DNA of 64,000 bases from NCBI RefSeq assembly GCF_006345805.1, contig NC_042999.1, positions 139,624,001 to 139,688,000 on the forward strand. Reading direction: 5' to 3'. The notes beneath the pieces are model-generated. The model had not been told where the DNA came from. It was given only the letters and a program-made list of their open reading frames with translations, and did no database searches. Shown here one piece after another: positions 1 through 11,990 of this stretch. A program made the translations under genes and the position numbers. The stretch's first letter is position 1, and each line of letters begins with the position of its first letter. This stretch comes from Octopus sinensis. Its lineage: Eukaryota.

Positions 1-8
1 TATTATTT

Positions 9-359
9 GGCTGGAAATGAATTCTGTCATATTTATAAGAAAGCAGAGAGCTAGAAGGATGAAGGTATCAGTGGTGTGGGGTTGTTTGAATTGTCCGGAC
101 ACTATGAAGGTTAGAGGTGAAGTGGATGACAATATAATTCACTTGATAAGGTAGCATCTGGTAAATATCTGTTACCATGGCTGGAAACGAATTTTGTCGT
201 ATTTATAAGAAAGCAGACAGTTAGAAGGATGAAGGTATTAGTGGTGGTATAGTGGTGTGGGGTCGTTTGAATTGTCCATACGCTATGAAGGTTAGAGGTG
301 AAGTGGATGACAATATACTTCACTTGATAAGGTAGCATGTGGTAAATATCTGTTACCAT
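9..359. repeat. Two tandem copies of a ~170-180-bp unit
   Basis: ggctggaaa(t/c)gaatt...tctgttaccat at 9 and 179. Confidence 0.8.
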
Positions 360-879
360 CATCCATTGTCCTGTAGTGAGAAGTAAGTTTTATTTCCCTA
401 TGTTGAGAATGAAATGAGAATGAGATGTAAGGGGACAATGTTTTTGAGATTCCGGTTTGAATGTAAGGAAGGTTTGAAAGTGTTCCCAACAGTTATTAGT
501 TGTAGTGGTAGAGTGTTTATGCCGAATATGTACGTATGCAAGTATATATATGTATGTGTGCCTGTATATATGTACAAAATCCACTGAGAAGGCTTTTGTT
601 GGTCTGAGGCTACAGCAGAAGACACATACCAAGTCACCACACAGTGGGACTGAACCCAGGACCATGTGTTTGGAACGTAGTTTGTTACCACACAGCCACA
701 CCTGCCCCTATGTATGTGTGTGTGTGCTTACATGTGTATGGGTAGATATATTATGCATGTATATATGTGTATATATATGTGTACATATTACATGTACATC
801 TATATATATACATGTACACATAAAATACAAAATACAAAGTTATATCTTGATATCGCTAGTGATAACAATACTCAAAATA

Positions 880-1500
880 TATAACAGACTGGAATTGTAG
901 GCCCGTGTCTTGCAATTTCGATCAATTGGATCTTGTCCTCCCTCTTGTATAGAAGTGTGGCTACAATCCAGCCTACCTCTACTTCTGGGGGTGGGGGTGG
1001 CATTTTAAATTTTTATCCAGGACGTCCTACGTCCCAGATATAAAGGTAAAAATAAAATATTTCCACTTTGCAAGGTTTGAGTCAAGTACTCTCTTGCACA
1101 CTCCGTTGACTCGAACCTTGCTTCTATTGTGGCGAATTTACCGCCTCTGGTTAGATATCTTTCATAGTTGCACCACTTTTCGATGGTGCTTTCCTCCAGG
1201 TGTTCAAATCTTTTATTTTTCTCTATATTGTATACTTTATAGACAATAGTCTTTTCATTAATTTAATTTTTTATTTCGTTTGGTGGTGTTATCCTAGATT
1301 CACCGTCTTTGTCGGTGATCAATCCGTATTTCTTCCATTTTAATTTCAATGAGTTTGTGCCCGCAGATGGCTGCAGCGAAATTCATTTTTGGACTTTCTT
1401 CTATCGAAGGCATTCTAATGAAAATGCTTCCGTGTAAATGGTGAAAATATTGTCAATTTCCCCAAACAGGGACACAATTCAATTTTTAAACAATAACCAA
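880..1500 (-). mobile_element. Fragment of Tx1/L1-like ORF1
   Basis: Minus-strand translation contains EARFES and LPLYLGRRTSWI, matching EAHFES and TYLGRRT in the 43.7-kb LINE ORF1. Confidence 0.55.
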
Positions 1501-2441
1501 AGCTCCTTCTCCCAAAGGGGGAGGGTTACAGTTTACAATTATTCAACAAATGCAACACAACAATGTTTCCTTTACGAGGAACCAACAAACGTGATAACAA
1601 TAGTTAAACAGTAATAATAATAACAACAAACCTTACGATGAGTCAGAAAGCAGTAAGCAGTTGAAGTTCTTTATGTATAAGAAATAAACCAATAGGAGCG
1701 GCTGTTCGAGAAAACAGATATTACATACAGCCAAACTTCATATAGATACTTAATGCTTGCTAATTAGCAGATAATCTAATGTAAAAGCCGTGGTAAAGGG
1801 TATTGCACACCTCCATCTGGACTATTCCATTTCTGCATGCTAATTTTATTTTTAATTTATTCCCATTCATGTGAAACCACTTATTCAAGTTCAAGTCATT
1901 GATGCAATTTTATACCAATTGCTATTTTTACTTTTGTTATGTTACGATTATATTATACTTTAGTTTGATTTTAATTATTACTTACTACATATAATTCAAT
2001 TGTTATTATTATCTCTAATTTTTATTGTTAAAGTGAAAGTAACTGACATAAAATAGAGAAATGTTTTTGTTTCACTTTTAACACGTAATACTGAAATAGT
2101 GGAGAAGATATGATATTGCTATGGGCTCGCTCTAGGCAAGAAGTTGGACATTTTTTTTGCCCATGAAACTACATGGACCCTAAGTAAGGCATGTGTAAAA
2201 TTTGAATGAAATTGGTTGTGTAGTTCTCAAGTTTTAGGGAATCGTAGTGGAGAAGATATGATATTGTTGTGGGCTCGCCCTAGACAAAAAGTTAAAAATT
2301 TTTGTCGTCGACACTCCCTGGACCCTAAGTAAGGCGTGTGTAAAATTTGAATGAAATTAGTTGTGCAGTTCTCAAGTTTTAGGGAAACACACAGACAGAT
2401 AGACACACATTCTCAGTTTTATATATATAGAGATATGTATA

Positions 2442-3605
2442 CTAGCAGTATCACCTGGTGTTGCTTGGGTTTGTTTTGACCCTTTAGAATTGGAATTTTT
2501 GAAAAGTAAAAAAATTGCATTATGCAACTTGTTATTCTCTTCAAGTGAACATTTTTCCAGTTGAAATACACTGAAAAATGGTGACACAGCTGTCAAAAAT
2601 CATAAAAAATAGGGATTTCATAGAAAAAAAGCACCTTTTGATGTAAATAATTTTTGGTGTTATCAGTTGTGGTGTGCAAGAGAGACGTTTGCGCTGGTAT
2701 GGGCATGTGGCGAGAATGGATGAAGATAGTTGTGTGAAAAAGTGCCACACCCTAGCGGTTGAGGGAACCTGTGGAAGAGGCAGACCCAGGAAAACCTGGG
2801 ACGAGGTGGTTAAGCACGACCTTCGAACTTTAGGTCTCACTGAGGAAATGACTAGAGACTGAGACCTCTGGAAGTGTGCTGTGCGCGAGAAGACCCGGCA
2901 GGACAAGTGAGACCATAACCCGTGGCCTTCTACATGGGATGGAGCCAGCCTATGTATGCATACCTTCCCTTCTTGGGACACAAAACTCTACTTGTGAAGA
3001 CCTGTTGAGGCAAGTGAGGATCTGAATAGAAATCGATCAATAGAAATTGCAGATGTGTTACCAGTGCTGGTGGCATGTAAGAGAACCATCCGATCGTGGC
3101 CGTTGCCAGCGCCGCCCCGACTGGCCTAGTGCCGGTGGCATGTAAAAAGCACCATCCGTTCGTGTCCGTTGCCAGCCTCGATGGCCCCCGTGCCGGTGGC
3201 ACATAAAAAGCACCATCCGTTCGTGGCCGTTTGCCAGCTCTGTCTGGCACCTGTGTGGGTGGCATGTAAAAAGCACCCACTACACTCATGGAGTGGTTGG
3301 CGTTAGGAAGGGCATCCAGCCCTAGAAACACTGCCAGATCTGACTAGGCCTGATGAAGCCTTCCGGCTTCACAGACCCCAGTTGAACTGTCCGACCCATG
3401 CTAGCATGGAAAACGGACGCTAAACGATGATGATGATGATGATGGTCCAATTTGAATTTTATCTTCTACAGAATGAAGAGCAAGCCTTCTTCTATTATAC
3501 TCTCAATTTTGGTCAACTTGTGCTGCAGGGTCTCGAAGGAAATAGTGTTATTTGAAGGCTACCAAACCTGCCACACACAGACAACTTCAGCTTTATATAT
3601 ATAGA
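2442..3605 (-). mobile_element. Non-autonomous Helitron (same family as 15759-16150) interrupted by an RTE LINE 3' fragment
   Basis: 5' TC at 3605, CTAG at 2442-2445 with hairpin; the two halves are colinear with the 15759 copy around the insertion. Confidence 0.85.
2663..3441 (+). mobile_element. RTE-clade LINE, 5'-truncated 3' end
   Basis: RRLRWYGHVARMDEDSCVKKC...GRGRPRKTWDEVV; 3' UTR with short internal repeats and a (GAT)n tail. Confidence 0.85.
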
Positions 3606-4197
3606 TTTCTCAACGGGGATTTCAGGGAGTTGCTGGCGATATATTGTGATGATCAAAAATCCGGCCTGCTAAAATTTGGTTAAAGTGATTCAAACTGCAG
3701 ACTCAACGCAAAATGGTCACATTTAATTCAAAGTGTTAAAAATGTTATGAAAACAATTGGTATGTGTTCACAAAGTCCAAACAATTGATACGAAAAACCC
3801 TCCAGGCTACATCCCAAAAATTCATTTCTTGGCCGAATTTCTACAATTTTTACGGTGATTCATTTTTATAACTTGATTTTTTTATTTTTCATGCAATTTA
3901 CGCATGCTTGCACGCGTGGTGAACACAGTTCACGTCAAACAGCTGACTGAGTAAAGTTCACTATTCAATGCATGGGATAAGGCCTAAACAAACACATTAT
4001 CGATTTTTGCAATTGTGAGATGAATTTTGGAACAGAAATAGCGCGGATCAATTTTCATTCGCCTAAACTTTAAGTGACCCATTTTTGGTGGTTCTAGGAG
4101 GAGATGTGCTGGGAAGTTAAACACACAGACACACAAGTTGAGTTTTATATATTTTATATATATAGGTGTATATATATATATGATTTTATATATATGT

Positions 4198-4318
4198 AGG
4201 TGCAGGGGTGGCTGTGTGGTAAGTAGCTTGCTTACCAACCACATGGTTCCGGGTTCATTCCCACTGCGTGGCACCTTGTGAGTGGATTTGGTAGACGGGA
4301 ACTGAAAGAAGCCCGTCG

Positions 4319-4320
<2 letters not shown>
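4198..4320 (+). mobile_element. tRNA-derived SINE, internally deleted
   Basis: A-box-like tggctgtgtgg and B-box-like ggttcattccc, followed by a body shared with copies at ~575-705, ~6130-6290, ~6740-6887 and ~22990-23135 (all minus strand). Confidence 0.7.
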
Positions 4321-4371
<51 letters not shown>

Positions 4372-5632
4372 GTATGTATATATAACTAGTGACGTAACTT
4401 CGGTATACGTACCGGAAGTACCGGATACATTTCAAGAAAGTGTTTTTTTTCATATGGGGGGGGGTAGGATTAGGGTTAAGAGTTTGTGTTAGGGTTAGGG
4501 GTGGGAGAAAAAGGTTTCTGTTATCTTGATAAATGTAAACAAAGCCATGATGAAGCTTCTTTGCTAGAGTCAACATGAGAAAATAAGTACAATATGATTT
4601 TAAACAATGCCAAGATCGACCCATATAAGTTCGATTCCAACTTCTTGGATTTACATCAAATGTGCAAATATTTTTTTTTTATTTAGCACAAAGATAATTG
4701 GATATTTTGACGATATTTCATTTTAGATGCGTTCTTTAGTTAAGGAATTCAAATTCTGAGTATTTGCATTTTAACCTAATCTTGTGATTACTGCTCGTTT
4801 AGTTTGTCAACAGATTGGAACGATTGGGTACTTTACTCATTTTGAAGTCTGAAAATACACTATATATTTTCGTGTTTCATTGAAGTACGTTGATAAAACT
4901 ATTGTTATTAATTTTTGTTTTTATAAAGTCCCTAAGGCTTCGTATTTTATTACCAGAAAGTTTGTTATAAGAAACAATTCGATTACAGAGTTTTTCTTTG
5001 CTAATATTTTAAAAAACGTATTGTGCGTAATGCCGAGTTTTTCTAGATTTTCTATGCATTATATATAATTAAGATATAGCATCACATCTATGTGAAAGAT
5101 AGTTACATGATATAAATATTATTCACTAAAGCACGGCAGGCATGATTAACCAGTCATGGCAAGTAAAAAATATGGATGACTCGGAGGAAACAAAAGAATT
5201 ATGCTATTTAAAATGTGAAAATAACACAACCACATTAAACGATTTTCGAGTATTTCATAATAGCAAAGTGAAGGAAATAAATTAAACCTACCCGAGAAGG
5301 GACAACAGTCGCTGAAATACTCGTTTTCCGTGACTCCAGGTTCGATAACTCTTCTTACTTACTGAATTAGCTTTTTCAACAAACCTCGGATAAACTTCAA
5401 TGATGATGATATCGCCGCTGAGCAAAGCTTCAAATTTCTATAAAATATTATTTAATGTTTATGGATTTGAAATTATTTATATTTAAGTAAATATTTATAT
5501 TCGAGTAAACGAAACCATGAAAATTGGGTGTAATTACGTAGTGTAATCTTTGAAAAAGCAGAAATGATATTATTAACCAGCCCTTGATGCAGACCAATAT
5601 ATCTAGTTATTTGACGCTATAAAAACCTGACG

Positions 5633-5993
5633 GGATCTTTTCCTTTTGATAGGGAGATCGATAAATTAATTTTTTAAACTAAACACTTTCAAACTTCGGA
5701 TACTGGTAGAATGTGTCATATAGAACATCTTTTACTCTTAGCGTTGTTGAGAAAAGTTCGTAATTTCGAAGTTATTTCATGTTAAATTTGTCCTGACAAA
5801 CAGCAGCAGTAATTTTATTCAACTCAACAGACGACAACTTTAATACGAAATAACTTCATAAATAGAAACTTTTCTCAGCAAAGCGAACAGTAAAAGATGT
5901 TCTATATGACACGTTCTACCTGTATACGAAGTTTCAAAGTGTTTAGTTAAAGAAAGTTAATTAATCGAGCTGCCCATGAAAAGGAAAAGATCC
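5633..5993. mobile_element. MITE with GGATCTTTTC TIRs
   Basis: ggatcttttccttttga...aaaaggaaaagatcc; internal inverted arms shared with the 47032 element. Confidence 0.7.
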
Positions 5994-6449
5994 AGTGAAG
6001 GACACTTTGAATGGTGTTGTCCTTGGGTACAGTATGTCTATCCTTTGCCAAACTGTTACATTACAGGGGCATAAACACACCAGCAATGGATGTCAAGCGA
6101 TGTTGTGGGGACAAAGACACACACACATACAATGGGTTTCTTTCAGTTTCTGTCAACCAAATCCACTCACAAGGCTTTGGTCAGCCCAAGGCTATAGTAG
6201 AAGATATTTGCCCAAGGTGACACAGAGTGAAACTGAACCTACAAACATGTGGTTTAGAAGCAAGATTCTTATCACGTACTGACACCTGTGTATCCTTCAC
6301 ATAGTTCTCAGGGAGATTCAGTATGACACAGAATGCAACGAGGCTTGCCCTTTTGAATAAAGAATTTGTGGCGAAAATCTTTTCCAAGGGGGTGGGGAAA
6401 GGACTTCGGAAAATTCACAAGATCCAAGTTTTTCCCTAATTACTGTATA

Positions 6450-6451
6450 TA

Positions 6452-6514
<63 letters not shown>

Positions 6515-6886
6515 ATTTACTCTTTTAATTGTTTCAGTCATTTAACTGCAACCATGCTGAAGCACCGCCATTAGTCGAGCTAATCAACCCTGGGACTTAG
6601 TCTTTGTAAGCCTAGCACTTATTCTATCAGTCTCTTTTGCCAAACTGCTAAGTGACAGGGACATAAACACACCAGCATCGGTTGTCAAGCAAACACAGAC
6701 ACACAAACATACACACACACATATATATACATATATACAACAGGCTTCTTTCAGTTTCCGTCTACGAAATCCACTCACAAGGCTTTGGTCAGCCCGAGGC
6801 TATAGTAGAAGACACTTGCCCAAGGTGCTATGCAGTGGGATTAAACCTGGTAAGCAAGCTACTTACCACACTGCCATTCCTGCACC

Positions 6887-6976
<90 letters not shown>

Positions 6977-7348
6977 ATTTACTCTTTTAATTGTTTCAGT
7001 CATTTAACTGCAACCATGCTGAAGCACCGCCATTAGTCGAGCTAATCAACCCTGGGACTTAGTCTTTGTAAGCCTAGCACTTATTCTATCAGTCTCTTTT
7101 GCCAAACTGCTAAGTGACAGGGACATAAACACACCAGCATCGGTTGTCAAGCAAACACAGACACACAAACATACACACACACATATATATACATATATAC
7201 AACAGGCTTCTTTCAGTTTCCGTCTACGAAATCCACTCACAAGGCTTTGGTCAGCCCGAGGCTATAGTAGAAGACACTTGCCCAAGGTGCTATGCAGTGG
7301 GATTAAACCTGGTAAGCAAGCTACTTACCACACTGCCATTCCTGCACC

Positions 7349-7438
<90 letters not shown>

Positions 7439-7846
7439 ATTTACTCTTTTAATTGTTTCAGTCATTTAACTGCAACCATGCTGAAGCACCGCCATTAGTC
7501 GAGCTAATCAACCCTGGGACTTAGTCTTTGTAAGCCTAGCACTTATTCTATCAGTCTCTTTTGCCAAACTGCTAAGTGACAGGGACATAAACACACCAGC
7601 ATCGGTTGTCAAGCAAACACAGACACACAAACATACACACACACATATATATACATATATACAACAGGCTTCTTTCAGTTTCCGTCTACGAAATCCACTC
7701 ACAAGGCTTTGGTCAGCCCGAGGCTATAGTAGAAGACACTTGCCCAAGGTGCTATGCAGTGGGATTAAACCTGGTAAGCAAGCTACTTACCACACTGCCA
7801 TTCCTGCACCTATATATATGTGTGTGTGTGTGTGTGTGTATGTACA

Positions 7847-7898
<52 letters not shown>

Positions 7899-7905
7899 TA
7901 GATAG
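6450..7905. repeat. Tandem repeat, 462-bp unit x ~3, built from SINE pieces and (TA)n/(TG)n
   Basis: The same sequence recurs at ~6519, ~6981 and ~7443; units differ mainly in microsatellite length. Confidence 0.9.
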
Positions 7906-8109
7906 ATAGAGAAAGAGAGAAAGTAATAACGAGTGAATGAGAATGACGACGAAGGGTTAAAAAAGCATAAAAATAATTGAAAATAAAATAAAATTGAAGC
8001 CAAAACATTAAAAATTATTGAAAGTGGATAGAAATAAGCACTATGTAGTGTAGTAATACTACGCTAGCGTATCTTTAGAAAGTTGAATGTGATTTCGGAA
8101 TATAAAGAG

Positions 8110-8460
8110 AAAAAATTTGGATCTTGGCAATTTTCCGAAGTCCTCTCCCCACCTCAAAATTTTCTGCACAAATTACATTATAGTCACAATGTATGCCATT
8201 TGAAAGGGATTTATATAAAAATTTCATTGCAAAAACCCCATTTCCTAAAAGTTATGAGGGAAAACTCAGATTTTGTGAATTTTCCGAAGTCCTATCCCCA
8301 CCCCCTTGGAAAAGATTTTCCCCACAAATTTCTTTATAATCATAATGTATGCCCTTTGACTGGTATTTCTATAAACTTTCATTGAAAAATTCCCATTTTC
8401 CTAAAAGTTATGAGGGAAAAGCTCGGATCTTGTGAATTTTCCGAAATCCTCTCCCCACCC
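8110..8460. repeat. Degenerate ~155-bp tandem repeat (x ~3)
   Basis: gat(c/t)ttg...aattttccgaa(g/a)tcct(c/a)tccccac at ~8118, ~8268 and ~8425; reverse copy at ~6345-6440. Confidence 0.7.
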
Positions 8461-9354
8461 TCCTGTTGCTTTACGCACATTTTTTTTCATATTCGTTTCT
8501 TCGTTTCCTACACATTGTTTTACACCCATTCCAGTATTTTATATTTTGATTTTCATTCCTGGGACAAGATGTATCTATTAACCGTAAGTTTTATTTGCCT
8601 GTCGTGGTAATGAAATGAGAATAAGATGTAAGGGGACAATGTTTTTGAGATTCCGGTTTGAAAGCATGTCTGAAAGGGTTCCCAACAGTTATTAGTAGCA
8701 GTGGTAGAGTGTTTATGACAAATATGTATGTATGCATGTATATATATGAAGTTATAGTTTTACTATAATAGTGAAAGTATTAAACTGAAAGTAACTCACA
8801 TTGCAATACAGAGATATTGTTTCACTTTTGACACGTAATACTGAAATAGAGTAAGAGATTGCTCTGGCCTTGCATTAGGCAAGAAGTTCAAAATTTTTTG
8901 GGCCCATGATATTGCAAAGACTGTAAGTAAGATTCTTCAATGGTAGGCACAGTGTCAACTAATTATGAATTTATACATGTGCAAACATTGTAATTTGCCA
9001 TATTACCTTACTACACTATTTGTTGTTTGACAGTAATTTGACTTCTCATGGAGATATATGGGAGAGCCTGATATCAAGTTTTACCTCAGTACTTGTTGAT
9101 TCAATATGGTATTTGTATTCAATTCTGTTCATGAACTGGTGCAATAGCTCTGTGAATAAATCAAATAAGTCAAAACCAATCTGAACGAAAACATCTCCGT
9201 ACAGTTTTGACACATCTGTCTTTGTGGTTGTTTGACCTATTAGAAATGCTACCGTATTAAAAGGAATATAACTCTGTATAATGTAGTTCTAAATATATTT
9301 GAAAGTAAAAGTGCTTGGAATAAACACAGACCTTCCCATTTTGGTTAATTCAAA

Positions 9355-9730
9355 ATCATCATCATTTAACATCCAATCTCCATGTTGGCATGAGTTGGAC
9401 TGCAAACTGGCAAGCCACAATGCTGCACCAGGCTCCAATTTGATCTGGCAAGGTTTCTACAGCTGGATGCCATCCTAACACCAACCACTCCAAGATTGTA
9501 GTGGGTGCTTTCTATCTGCCACCGGCATGGGAGCCAGTCAGGCGGCACTGGCATCGACCGTGTTCAGATGGTGCCTTGAATGTGCCACCAGCACAGGAGC
9601 CAGTGGAGGGCACTGGTATCAACTGCATTCAGATGGTGCTTTTACACCCCGCTGGCACGGAGAGCAAGTCACACAGCGTTGGCATCAACCCATGCTTGAA
9701 TGGTGCTTATTCAGTTTCCTTATGTGTTTA
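9355..9730 (-). mobile_element. RTE 3' UTR/tail remnant
   Basis: Reverse complement of the 3' UTR seen at 3050-3441, including the (CAT)n tail; similar remnants at ~24700-24860, ~26600-26830, ~30120-30290 and ~50530-50610. Confidence 0.6.
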
Positions 9731-10099
9731 GTCACAGTGGGTCTATCAGCAGTGTCTCTGTGAACAGGGAGCTATGTCACTGATGATATTCCAATCCAAT
9801 AAAGATCTGAAATTTGTCCAATTGATATTTTCTTTTCTATCCACAAAAATATTGTGGATATATATAGAGAGGTTGCTTACATCTGTCTATTATGTAAAAT
9901 TTTTGCTAAAGATATTTCAAATATCTAAGAATCATTGTCAATGTCTTAAATGTATACACATACTGATCTAACCTAAGGGCGAATATTTAGTAACACAAAG
10001 AACTATTTTCCAAGGCATGTGCCACTAAACTTTAATATACTCAATAACAATAAAAATATTTCTGTACATGTGTCGCCGGTGTGATGTCTTCCTTGAGCT

Positions 10100-10420
10100 G
10101 AAGACAATGGAAAGAGCATAAATTGCATTGTGATTTTCAACACAAAGATATTTAGTTTTATCATAAACAAACTGGCTATCATTATTACTGTAAACGTTGG
10201 AAAAGATATTTACACCATATGACCCACTGGAATGATTTGGTTAATTCCTGCAGCTAGGTAGTTTAGCTGAATAGTCATTGACATTGCCAGCCATTGGTCT
10301 TAATGCTACACTGCTTGCAGCCAACTGGTTTTAAAATGTGCACCTTTACAGCTTGCCAGTGGCAAAAAAAGGCTCTATTTATAGCTATATCTTTCAAAGA
10401 GAAAACAGTGCTAGATGGAA
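10100..10420 (-). mobile_element. Possible highly decayed BEL/Pao integrase remnant
   Basis: CKQC...AKLPSCR*P...YGVNIF / VYSNNDSQFV resembles CxxC...A.LP..R...GVD.F / xYSDNGxxFV, but is fragmentary. Confidence 0.35.
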
Positions 10421-11990
10421 TTGTGAATAAGAACCTGTTTTACAAAATATTTGAGTGGTCAGTTCCTTAATGACATCATCAATAACTGCACAAATCATAT
10501 TCATATAGTTGTTTTTGCATCAGATACAGTGATCCGCATTCAATTTCTAAGTGTGTTCGGACTGCCAAATATTCCTTCAACTTTGTAGTACAGAACAGCA
10601 TTCAAATAAAACACTGCTGACGCTAGCAATTTATTGAGTAAATCAAACTCTTAGATGTCATATAAACTCTGGTATTATTTTGTTTGGCTGATTATTCTAA
10701 TAAAGTCAAAAATTTACAGAAAGGAGCCCATGAGACTAATTTAAAAATCCTTAAATAAAGCATCTCCCCAGTAATCTTTCAACTACCCTTGACAAAAATG
10801 AAGAAGCTGACCAAGTTTTTAATGATACTCATATTGATGATTGCCCATTTACAGAGACAGAGTACGTGAGAGCATGGACATTCCTAAAGACTGGTGAGAG
10901 CTGTGGTAAAGACGGAGTAGTTCTTAGAGTACTGGACTATGCTTTAGTCGACAGCATTATATTAAGTTACCTCAAAAGCAGAGAGGGATCTATTTCAGTT
11001 CCATTCTTAGCAAAAACTGTAACAGAATGTATGTCAACCATTTTCAGCCTGTTAAAACCTCTGCTAGGGTTTCAGCAGAACAAATTTCAAGAGAAACAGA
11101 CAGCCATAAACATATCTTGGTGCTGAGTAGGATCATCAAACAAGTGAGGAACAGAAAGCTCTTAATAATCATGAGTTTCATTGGTTTTAAGAATGTATTT
11201 CTTACACTTCATTGACGAAAACTTGTCTGTATTCTGAAAAGACAATCCTGAGAATCTAGCGCAAGCGACCAAGTCATGCATGAAGGCTCAAGTGAAGATC
11301 AACTTGCTCGACAGTGAAATGAATGTCTCCAACATCTACACCACTTATGTAGCGGGGAGATAGTCATGTTCCCTCCCTCTCTATTACTTAAACGTATTAT
11401 TGAAAATTATGTAGAGAAGCACTGCAGCCAAGAAATGGAATTCATTATGAGTCAGATATTAGTTGTTAATCTTGGTTGTGTCAAAATCACACGTCCCTGA
11501 AATATTGCTGAGCAAGCTTGTAAAATCCTGCTTGCAGTTAATACAGAATACATAAAAGTATAACTATTCTTAAAGAAAACCACTGATCTGAACTTCAAAC
11601 ACCAATGATACAGTCATGGGTAACAGCAATGGAGAAGCCTTCCAGGTAGCAAAGGATTCCAATTCTACAGTGCTTAGATCTCATCTTTCTTTGGCGACTT
11701 CAAGGCAGCAGCACTGCTACCACCACTGTTATTGTTAAATCACCCAACTCCTAGTAGTACAAAGGTAATAAATGAGGATAACAACAGGTTACATCTAGCA
11801 GCAGTAGTCAACAAACAACAAGTTTATGTCAACAATATTGAAATTTATCAACAATTTATCACAAGACAGAAAACTCTTCTGTATTTTTCATTAGAAAATA
11901 AAACAAGGCAGGTATTTCAAAGATTATTTATTACAAAATTAAAGCTCAATTTATTTGTGTGTGTGTGTGTACTGAAAACTATTTCTGATA

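Noticed and set aside
9960-11900. Additional downstream exons (for example zinc fingers) for gene 1
   Set aside because: No C2H2 pattern or sustained ORF; the exon ends in a stop conserved across paralogues followed by AATAAA; the region looks like decayed retroelement.
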